A DNA stretch of 39,369 nucleotides, taken from contig PBMO01000016.1 in NCBI GenBank assembly GCA_002722595.1, positions 984 through 40,352 of the forward strand, read 5' to 3'. Below the pieces are notes generated by a model. It did no database searches and was not told the DNA's origin. It worked only from the letters and a program-made list of their open reading frames with translations. Both the position numbers and the translations under genes were made by a program. The DNA comes from Methanobacteriota archaeon (GTDB taxonomy: Archaea > Thermoplasmatota > Poseidoniia > Poseidoniales > Thalassarchaeaceae). Below, piece after piece: positions 9,716 through 17,693 of this stretch. Numbering within the stretch: the first letter of the stretch is position 1; the number at the start of each line of letters is the position of its first letter.

Positions 9716-11047
9716 TCATTCAGCAGCATCAGCATACCCATAATACCACTCGGAATTGTATTCCCAATCCCCCTCCATACTACCAATAGTAACCTTCACG
9801 GCTATTTCACACCCTCCATTATCGCCGGAGCATATGTTAGTGACACTATCTTCGTAAATTATCAAACTTTCACCAGCCTCCCAGTATCCATTCATGTTCG
9901 TGTCCAATTCATCAAATTCACAACCGGTATTTCGGTCCAATTGCCACCAATAGCAAGTATAGGATTCTCCAGTCTCGGCTACGATATTTAGTGATATGAA
10001 TTCCCAATGTTTCTCATAATCTCTAGTCGACTCAATCATATCAACAACTACCAATGCATCACTCGCATTTTCACTCATTACATGCCCGTCTGAAGAATCC
10101 CAAGCATCTCTAACATCAAAGACAAAATTGACACTATCGCCTGATGAATCTGCCATTACAGGATTCTTCAAAGCATTGAATACCATGAATGTGACCCCAC
10201 TACCCAAGAGTAACAAAATCACACTAATTACAACTATCGCTTTGATTGACTTATCTCCACTTGAAGCCGTCTGAGAGACAAATTCACCATCTTCAGAAGG
10301 TTCAAACTTCACACCAGATTTTGCGCGCATAACCAACGACATTAAACCAATGATGACAAATCCAATAATGCTGCAATATCCTGCAAACATCGAATCTTGC
10401 GAGAACATAGATTCATCTGATATTGCATCGCAATCTGAATAGATTTCAGGATCACAAGTCGCACTGTATGCATTGTAGGAGCTAGCCATGTAAAATGCAG
10501 TCCCTGCGAATATAACTGTTAGGAAGATTGTTGCCGCAGGCAGCCACCACCAACTGGTTTTGTTCATTATATTCATAACAGAAACAACAATGATTCCCAC
10601 GACAATGGCGACCGATAAATAAGTCAAAATCTGAATTGTTTTGAGGGCATTTACGAAATCATCAGCATCGTCTTCATCAGAAAACATTTCGATATTATCT
10701 GCATTTGCTTGAGTAACAAAACCAAACAAGAACATCAATAGAACAACCGACATGAGTATTCCGATGGACCCTGAAAGGATGCGCATTACCTTAGGCAAAC
10801 TACTTTCATTTCCAGTACCAGATGCAGAGTCAGAAGCCATTGGTAAAGGTGGAGGGAATGAAAGATCACCGGATTCATTGGACAGTTCTAGAGAATGGTG
10901 ATTGTTATTTTCCACCACAATCTCTTCACTAGTTACTGGCAACTCATCATTTTGGGCCCTAGGCATAACTTGATTGGGAGATTCTACAGGGTCCCAGGAA
11001 GTTCCATTCCAAACCCAATTTCCATCTTCTGATATTTCGCCGACCAT
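9716..11047 (-). CDS. Multi-pass membrane protein with acidic Cys-containing extracellular C-terminal domain
   Basis: N-terminal SEDGNWVWNGTSW motif, ~5 TM segments, C-terminal WEAGESLIIYE...IC...C domain. Confidence 0.75.
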   Translation of the reverse strand: MVGEISEDGNWVWNGTSWDPVESPNQVMPRAQNDELPVTSEEIVVENNNHHSLELSNESGDLSFPPPLPMASDSASGTGNESSLPKVMRILSGSIGILMSVVLLMFLFGFVTQANADNIEMFSDEDDADDFVNALKTIQILTYLSVAIVVGIIVVSVMNIMNKTSWWWLPAATIFLTVIFAGTAFYMASSYNAYSATCDPEIYSDCDAISDESMFSQDSMFAGYCSIIGFVIIGLMSLVMRAKSGVKFEPSEDGEFVSQTASSGDKSIKAIVVISVILLLLGSGVTFMVFNALKNPVMADSSGDSVNFVFDVRDAWDSSDGHVMSENASDALVVVDMIESTRDYEKHWEFISLNIVAETGESYTCYWWQLDRNTGCEFDELDTNMNGYWEAGESLIIYEDSVTNICSGDNGGCEIAVKVTIGSMEGDWEYNSEWYYGYADAAE

Positions 11048-11083
11048 TGAGCCTTCGTAGAAAACCCGTCCATTTCAAATTAC

Positions 11084-11791
11084 TCATCGCTGTATGAATG
11101 CCTCGACGCGTTGATACCATTCAATTCCGTCAACGTGGTCTTCAAGTTTTTTGAATTGTGGAAACGGTGAAATCGATCTCATGTAACCAAATGCGGCGAG
11201 ATCTACCATGTTAGGTTCAGTACCTCCAAAGTACGGCTCTCCATTGAAAGAATCAGTAAACTCAGTTAGCAAGTCATGCCACAATTGCTTTGGTTTTCTC
11301 CCATCTTTTTTCACCCGACTTCTTGCAATAATCCCCCACATGATTGGGAATCCAGCCCATGCATACAATCGTTTTGAGATAAAACCAAATTTCTCGAGTT
11401 TTGAAACACGGGTAGTAGTCTGCAAGGCCGAGAATAACCCACCGTAAAGAATTGGCACAGTTGCTTTTGACATCTTGGTATCGACCCATTCCATCCATTT
11501 ATCTCTGCGGGCGATATCATCCACTTTCCACAATTTACCATCATTGTACGTAGAATCAATATGTTTCATGATTGGAGTTGAGTCAACGACAACCTGTCCA
11601 TCACTTTCCGTCCAAACAGGAACCTTGTTCCAGCCATCTGTAAATTTCAATTCTTTCTTTGTTTTCATTGCATTGATTTGAACATTTTCGTAATCAATAT
11701 TGAGAAGTTCGGCAATGCCTCTTACTTTCCAGCAAAAGGGGCAAGTATGTAGCATATGCATCTTAGGTTTAGAGGCCACTAAATCTCCCAT
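11084..11791 (-). CDS. Glutathione S-transferase / glutaredoxin-fold protein (prostaglandin E synthase 2-like)
   Basis: CPFCWKV, KVPV, DSTPIM and YFGGTEPNMVDLAAFG motifs; purine-rich GGAGAGG before ATG 11791. Confidence 0.88.
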   Translation of the reverse strand: MGDLVASKPKMHMLHTCPFCWKVRGIAELLNIDYENVQINAMKTKKELKFTDGWNKVPVWTESDGQVVVDSTPIMKHIDSTYNDGKLWKVDDIARRDKWMEWVDTKMSKATVPILYGGLFSALQTTTRVSKLEKFGFISKRLYAWAGFPIMWGIIARSRVKKDGRKPKQLWHDLLTEFTDSFNGEPYFGGTEPNMVDLAAFGYMRSISPFPQFKKLEDHVDGIEWYQRVEAFIQR

Positions 11792-11898
11792 GCCCTCTCC
11801 CCGCAGCATTCTTTTCTGAAGGTAACGATTCATCAACATCGTTTTTTGCCTATGGATGTAAACAGCCTATTTAGTATAGAACCATATTCACAACGTCC

Positions 11899-12021
11899 AT
11901 GCAATTTGGATTATTCGCCCCAATTCTTGCGATTTCAGTATTATTTGGCACTGCAGTATTTCTTCGCATTGAATCGTTGCGGGTGTACCCTATCCTTCCT
12001 AGAATACCAAGAAAAATTTGA
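11899..12021 (+). CDS. Putative 40-aa single-pass membrane peptide
   Basis: MQFGLFAPILAISVLFGTAVFLRIESLRVYPILPRIPRKI*; TATA-like TTTAGTATA ~21-29 nt upstream; below ORF-track cutoff. Confidence 0.45.
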   Translation: MQFGLFAPILAISVLFGTAVFLRIESLRVYPILPRIPRKI

Positions 12022-12074
12022 TTGATTCAACGGACCCTCGTCTTCACAGACCTCCTTCTCTGGCGGGGGTCCTA

Positions 12075-13946
12075 TCAATCATCAATACACTGCGGATATT
12101 CTTCTTGCATTGGGGGCAAGAACAAGTCATCACATGTTCGAGTCACAGTAGACAGTGAAAGTGTGCTTCGATCATCGAGGAAGACAGTTACAGGGAATGT
12201 ACTCACAGTACTTGGAACATAGTCCTCACCTGTTTGAGTTATTACAAGGACTAAACTATCTCCAGCTTCAATCACAACATCCATTGCAAAGAACTCCATC
12301 TTCGCCAAAACGGTTTCTCCTGGAATCAATACTTTCCCATCTTTGCCACCATCAGAATATCGCAAATCCATCACTGCATGTCCAAGATGTGCTCCATCAC
12401 TCCCTCGCTGCATCTCGACGAAGAGATGCCCGCTGGTTGCGAGTGGAGATATTCTTGCACCCATGTGTATTGTAGGCATTCCAATGATTCGGAAATCCTC
12501 CTCCATTGTCCCACAATTTAGAATAGTTTGACTGGTTGAAGTTACGGTTTCACCACCTTCTAAAATTTCACATTGGTCTAGAGTAGTAACGTTCCATTCG
12601 GTGTCTAATGGTGGATAAGTATCCTCGACCCTCCATCCTCCGAGGTCATCTTGGATTTCTGCGATTAAGCGAGGTTGGGGCCCAGTATCTCGCAGATAGA
12701 AATCAAACCATTCAAGCAAGTCATCAGCCCAATCCCAACGCAGTGACCATGGGAAACCAATTCCACCATCGTGACCATCGGGCCTGTCAGGGTAATCATG
12801 TGTCCATTGGCCATACAATCCTTTGACTTCGAACCCATTGTCTATTGCAATTTGATGTGTGGGGAAAGCCATGTGTGGATCAACGTTCCAATCCTGCATT
12901 CCATGGATGATATAGATCGAGCCGTTGTATAATTCCATAGCTCGGTCAAGGAAATATCTCTCAGTCCAATAATCGCTCTTCATCCACGATAGATCATCTC
13001 CGGTGGCATAAGCGAGAGGGCCAGCATAGTAACCTTCCATGTAACCCTCACAACCATTTTGCGCATCTTCAAGATCCCCATCTAATCCAAATGAACCATA
13101 CACACCATTGTGCATGATTGCTCCACGCGCTTCCATACTTCCATTCCGCCACATCAATTCGTGAACACCAATCAACCCTGACATCGGCACAATCGTCGCG
13201 AGATGCTCAGAGCCCGAGGCTGCAGCATTCCAAGGAGTGGAACCATCGTAGGACTTTCCAATTGCCCCCACATTTCCATTTGACCAAGGTTGTTGTCCCA
13301 ACCAATCCACAGCCGCTTTGATTCCTGCCTGTTCATCTAAGCCCATGAGGTCCATGCAATGATTTGATTCACCGGTCCCGAATACCGAGACTTGAGCAAC
13401 ACCAAATCCGTGTGGGACGAAATTCTCAATCAAGAAACGGCCCAAACGGTTTGCTGGTGTTAATGCATCAACATCCCCGTCGTCATAGTAAGGACCGATT
13501 TCAGCAATTACGGGGACTTTACACTCGTCGCTAATATTTCCTGAATAATCACATCCTTCGATTACCGGTAGCCAGAGTCCAAGGTGAACTTCGGCATCGC
13601 CAGTTGTACCAGCGCCTCCATCTTTCAGAGTAATTGCTGGAACTTCCACAAAGATAGATTGAACTTCACCAATTCCGTGGCTACCATTCCACGATACTCG
13701 GCTGAATACATCGGAATCATCGTAATTCTTACCGGATCTTTCTTCCACTGGTGGAAGCCAATGCGAATTTCTTCCATCCTGTGAACCAATTAGATCACTT
13801 GGAATACCTACGGTAGCAGCCAAGATGAGGAATAAGACCACAATCGCCAACGTTGCACCCAATGCACCATTGAGTTGGTTTTTCTCACGGCGCTCATCAA
13901 CACCTTCGTCTTTGAGGATTTCAGCCTCAAACACCTCTTCTGCCAC
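12075..13946 (-). CDS. CocE/NonD family (peptidase S15-like) serine hydrolase, membrane anchored
   Basis: FGTGESNHC, WSNGNVGAIGKSYDG nucleophile elbow, HGMQDWNV, GQWTH. Confidence 0.9.
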   Translation of the reverse strand: MAEEVFEAEILKDEGVDERREKNQLNGALGATLAIVVLFLILAATVGIPSDLIGSQDGRNSHWLPPVEERSGKNYDDSDVFSRVSWNGSHGIGEVQSIFVEVPAITLKDGGAGTTGDAEVHLGLWLPVIEGCDYSGNISDECKVPVIAEIGPYYDDGDVDALTPANRLGRFLIENFVPHGFGVAQVSVFGTGESNHCMDLMGLDEQAGIKAAVDWLGQQPWSNGNVGAIGKSYDGSTPWNAAASGSEHLATIVPMSGLIGVHELMWRNGSMEARGAIMHNGVYGSFGLDGDLEDAQNGCEGYMEGYYAGPLAYATGDDLSWMKSDYWTERYFLDRAMELYNGSIYIIHGMQDWNVDPHMAFPTHQIAIDNGFEVKGLYGQWTHDYPDRPDGHDGGIGFPWSLRWDWADDLLEWFDFYLRDTGPQPRLIAEIQDDLGGWRVEDTYPPLDTEWNVTTLDQCEILEGGETVTSTSQTILNCGTMEEDFRIIGMPTIHMGARISPLATSGHLFVEMQRGSDGAHLGHAVMDLRYSDGGKDGKVLIPGETVLAKMEFFAMDVVIEAGDSLVLVITQTGEDYVPSTVSTFPVTVFLDDRSTLSLSTVTRTCDDLFLPPMQEEYPQCIDD

Positions 13947-13976
13947 GTTACTGGCCGCGTGACCTCTAACTTCAAA

Positions 13977-15866
13977 TTATTCACTGGCTGAACATCTTTC
14001 ATGCATGCACATTGGAGGTGAAAAGTAGAGTCTTTCCTCGGGGTTGAATGTGTCCAATTGCAAAGTCGATCCGGCCCCTTCGTGAATGGTCACAATTGTA
14101 GAGGTGGATGCTGGAAGGTAGTCTTCACCTGTTGAATATAGGGAAACACGAATCGTATTTCCCGCACTCACTTCTACATCCATTGGCATGAATTCCATTT
14201 TTGCCACAATCGTCTCAAACACAGGAGTCCAAGATTGAATTTGATCCCCTCCTTCATGATATCTTAGATCCATGATTGCATGTCCAAGATGGATACAGTT
14301 ACCAGAAGTGTCACATTCTTCCATAAGGGCATATAATTGCCCTCCAACCGTGGTGGTTGAAACCTCTACATGGATTCGTGGGATGCCTGCAATGAACAAG
14401 TCATTCTCAAGTGGACTACTTTCCCACGTGGGTCCAGTCGATGCATCGGGGAGGACCGTCAAACCCCCATCAATCAGCTCCATCTCTTCACCAAGTGCCC
14501 AGGAGACGACCTCAATATCTGAAGGAGGATACCGTTCTTCAATTCTCCAAGAGCCTTGATTAGATTGAATCTCAATCCATTGTCCTGGTTGCTCACCATT
14601 ATCGCGCAGGTAATAATCAAACCATTCCAACATATCTTGCATCCAATCATATCGAACCATTTCTGGGAACGCCTCCCCTCCTCGACCCCCCAATTCCGAA
14701 CGATCATCAAGATAGGTGGGCCTGTCTGGGTAGTCATGATCCCATTGGCCAAACAAACCTCTTGCCTCAATTCCATGATCAATCAGTAAATTGATGGTTG
14801 GAACAGCCATGTGTGGATCAACGTTCCAATCATGCATTCCTTGGATCAAATACACACTCCCTTGATAATTTTCAAGAACACGATCTAGGAAGAATCGCTC
14901 TTCCCAATAGGTTCCTGCAACTTCAGAGCCAAAGATGTAAGCAGACATTCCAGTACCGGGCCCTATGAGATAATCGGGACAGATATTTTGGTAGTCTTCT
15001 TCATTTCCATCAATGCCATAACTGCCGTATACACCATTGTGCATAATTGGAGCACGCGCTTCCGAAGACCCATTCCTCCACATTAATTCCTTGACACCAA
15101 TGAGTCCTGAAATTGGAACTATGGTTTTGAGGTAATCATGTTCGGAGCCAAACATTGCTGCTTGCCATGGCGTGCTACCGTCATACGATTTGCCAATAAG
15201 GCCAACGGCTCCATTACTCCATTCTTGCTCACCGAGCCAACGAACTGCAGCATCATTTCCTAATTGTTCGGCATTCCCCATGAGATCCATGCAGTGATTT
15301 GAACGCCCAGTTCCTGATACAGAAATTTGTGCGAATGCAAAACCATGGGGCAATATCTGGTCAATAATCATCTGGCCTAGCCATGACCCTGGGACCTCGA
15401 TAGTTGGTGTATTAACACTGGGTTCTTGGAAATAGGGCCCACTTTCTGCAATGACTGGAACTTTGACACCTTCGGGGACATTTGGTAACCAAATAGCTAG
15501 ACTGATTAAGCCATTAGGGGCGGCCCCACCTTCTTCAATGGGCAAATCATATTCGACGAAATGATGCGTTGAACTCCACTCATTTTCTGTTGGCAATAAT
15601 TCATAAGATCCAAATTCCATGACAGTTCCATTTTCGCCGATTGTCTGGTAATCATACAGATTTCTTTCCCAAACGGGTACACGTTGATATCCGGATGATT
15701 CTTCTTCTGAACCCGCAATAATACCAAAAAAGACTCCTGACCAACTAGCAAAAATCAAAATCAAAATCAGACAAACAACACCGATACCAGCATAGATGGT
15801 AACGCGACTTCTTAATCGCGAGAGACCAAAATCAAGTAATTCAGCCTCGAAAACTTCGTCTGCCAC
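13977..15866 (-). CDS. CocE/NonD family (peptidase S15-like) serine hydrolase, paralogue of the adjacent gene
   Basis: GTGRSNHC, WSNGAVGLIGKSYDG, QGMHDWNV, GQWDH. Confidence 0.9.
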   Translation of the reverse strand: MADEVFEAELLDFGLSRLRSRVTIYAGIGVVCLILILIFASWSGVFFGIIAGSEEESSGYQRVPVWERNLYDYQTIGENGTVMEFGSYELLPTENEWSSTHHFVEYDLPIEEGGAAPNGLISLAIWLPNVPEGVKVPVIAESGPYFQEPSVNTPTIEVPGSWLGQMIIDQILPHGFAFAQISVSGTGRSNHCMDLMGNAEQLGNDAAVRWLGEQEWSNGAVGLIGKSYDGSTPWQAAMFGSEHDYLKTIVPISGLIGVKELMWRNGSSEARAPIMHNGVYGSYGIDGNEEDYQNICPDYLIGPGTGMSAYIFGSEVAGTYWEERFFLDRVLENYQGSVYLIQGMHDWNVDPHMAVPTINLLIDHGIEARGLFGQWDHDYPDRPTYLDDRSELGGRGGEAFPEMVRYDWMQDMLEWFDYYLRDNGEQPGQWIEIQSNQGSWRIEERYPPSDIEVVSWALGEEMELIDGGLTVLPDASTGPTWESSPLENDLFIAGIPRIHVEVSTTTVGGQLYALMEECDTSGNCIHLGHAIMDLRYHEGGDQIQSWTPVFETIVAKMEFMPMDVEVSAGNTIRVSLYSTGEDYLPASTSTIVTIHEGAGSTLQLDTFNPEERLYFSPPMCMHERCSASE

Positions 15867-15944
15867 GGCCTATGGCCGTGCGCAACTTATCTTCAAGGTT
15901 CGGTGGTTCTGCACATTGCCAAAAAACAGAGTCATGCCAGAATT

Positions 15945-16880
15945 TTAGTTGTCTGTTGGGTTTGCTGCTTTCTTGACAATGTTTTGGAAAATAACCATCA
16001 CTCCGAAAATCACCGCAGAAACAACCGCAATCATTGAACCACTACCCGTGTCCAACTCTGCAGAGAAGTAAAGCCCACCCAATACCGCCATCACACCAAA
16101 TATTTGGGTCCATATCATGCACGATCTAAAACTACGACCAACCAGTTGTGCAGTCGCCGCAGGGGTAACCAGCAAAGCGGTCACCAGTAGTGCGCCGATG
16201 ACTTTCACCATGCTGACAACAACGCAAGCAGAAATAATGCTGAACAAAAGACCTATTCCTCTGACAGGAAGCCCCTGGACTCTCGCAGAAATCGGGTCGA
16301 TTGTAATCGCTAGTAATCCAGAACGGAGTAAACCGAGAAAGATCATTGAGATGAACGAGAGTGTGACAATGAAGTCCATTTCATCGTCGGTGATGAGCAG
16401 TAAATTTCCAAAGAGATAACTTTCAACTTCTGCAGTCAATCCAATCTTCCAGATTCGTAAAACTACGAGGCCAAATCCAAGCATACCAGTCAAGAAAATT
16501 GCAATCGAAGCATCCCCGGTGAGAATCCCCCTCGATTGTAATTCATAAATTGAAATCGCGGCAACTATGCTGAATATCAATGCATACCACAATGGTGAAG
16601 CGGCTCCAAGAACAATACCAATTGCAACCCCACCAAACGAAACGTGAGCGAGACCATCTCCAATCAATGCTAAATTTTGGACCAAAAGGAACGTACCTAG
16701 GAATCCAGCAACTACGGCGATGACAAGTGACGTAATCAGTGCACGCTGTAATGACTCCACCGGGTAACCATTGAGTTCTGCTCCGAAGAAATACGGAAAA
16801 ACATCTCCAGGGATTAAAGGCAAAAACAATTTAAAAACTGGAATTGTAATATCCATTAGAATTACACCAAGCCCCATCAC
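15945..16880 (-). CDS. znuB: Zn/Mn ABC transporter permease (ZnuB-like)
   Basis: ALIGDGLAHVSFGGVA, YLFGNLL, KVIGALLVTALLVTPAATA. Confidence 0.9.
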   Translation of the reverse strand: MMGLGVILMDITIPVFKLFLPLIPGDVFPYFFGAELNGYPVESLQRALITSLVIAVVAGFLGTFLLVQNLALIGDGLAHVSFGGVAIGIVLGAASPLWYALIFSIVAAISIYELQSRGILTGDASIAIFLTGMLGFGLVVLRIWKIGLTAEVESYLFGNLLLITDDEMDFIVTLSFISMIFLGLLRSGLLAITIDPISARVQGLPVRGIGLLFSIISACVVVSMVKVIGALLVTALLVTPAATAQLVGRSFRSCMIWTQIFGVMAVLGGLYFSAELDTGSGSMIAVVSAVIFGVMVIFQNIVKKAANPTDN

Positions 16881-17659
16881 TCTTCCTCCTCTGAATCATC
16901 TTCAATGCAACAACTCTGTTCATGAACAGGCTCAATTCCCCGCAAATCGGCAAGTTTGTCCAAATCGGGGAAATTCTCAGTTGGCCCATCGAATCGGATG
17001 GTCTCTTCCAAGAAGATCATCCTGTGCGCGGTTTGCCGCATTGCAGTCAAATCATGAGAAACCATCAGAATTGTTTTGTTTTCATCATGACAGAGTTGAT
17101 CTAACAATTTCAGCAATGACTTCCGCGCCTCACGATCAATACCCACCAATGGTTCATCAAGCAGGATAAATTCCGACTCTGAAGCCAACGCTCGAGCTAT
17201 TACAGCACGCTGTCGCTGTCCCCCGGAGAGTCGAGAAACATCGACATCTATCGCTTCTTGTAGACCTACCATTTCGATAGCCTTCTTCACACTTGCCCGA
17301 CGTTTTTGATTCTCAAAAGAGAAGATATTTTTAGCATTCAATGTGCCCAACTCAACTAATTCACGAACCGTAATTCGAACATGCTTTGGCAGATTTGAGG
17401 CAGCCTGAGAAACCCAACCAATTCGTCCGAATAGTTCCCTAGATTGGGGTGGTGCGCCATAGATTGCAACCTTCCCAGTTGCTGGTTTCAGCAAACCGAG
17501 AATGGTGAGGAGAAGTGTGGACTTCCCACTTCCATTCGGCCCCACTATACCAACGAAATCACCGCGATTAATGGTAAAATCAATGTCTTTGATGACAATC
17601 TTCCCTGAGCGTTTGACAGATAAATTCTCAATCTTCAACGGGATATCAACCGCGTCCAT
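16877..17659 (-). CDS. znuC: Zn/Mn ABC transporter ATP-binding protein (ZnuC-like)
   Basis: Walker A GPNGSGKST, LSGGQRQR signature, LLDEP, VSHDL; ATGA overlap with permease. Confidence 0.92.
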   Translation of the reverse strand: MDAVDIPLKIENLSVKRSGKIVIKDIDFTINRGDFVGIVGPNGSGKSTLLLTILGLLKPATGKVAIYGAPPQSRELFGRIGWVSQAASNLPKHVRITVRELVELGTLNAKNIFSFENQKRRASVKKAIEMVGLQEAIDVDVSRLSGGQRQRAVIARALASESEFILLDEPLVGIDREARKSLLKLLDQLCHDENKTILMVSHDLTAMRQTAHRMIFLEETIRFDGPTENFPDLDKLADLRGIEPVHEQSCCIEDDSEEEE

Positions 17660-17693
17660 ATTGAAACCCCCTGGTCAATTGTAGAGTATCCAA

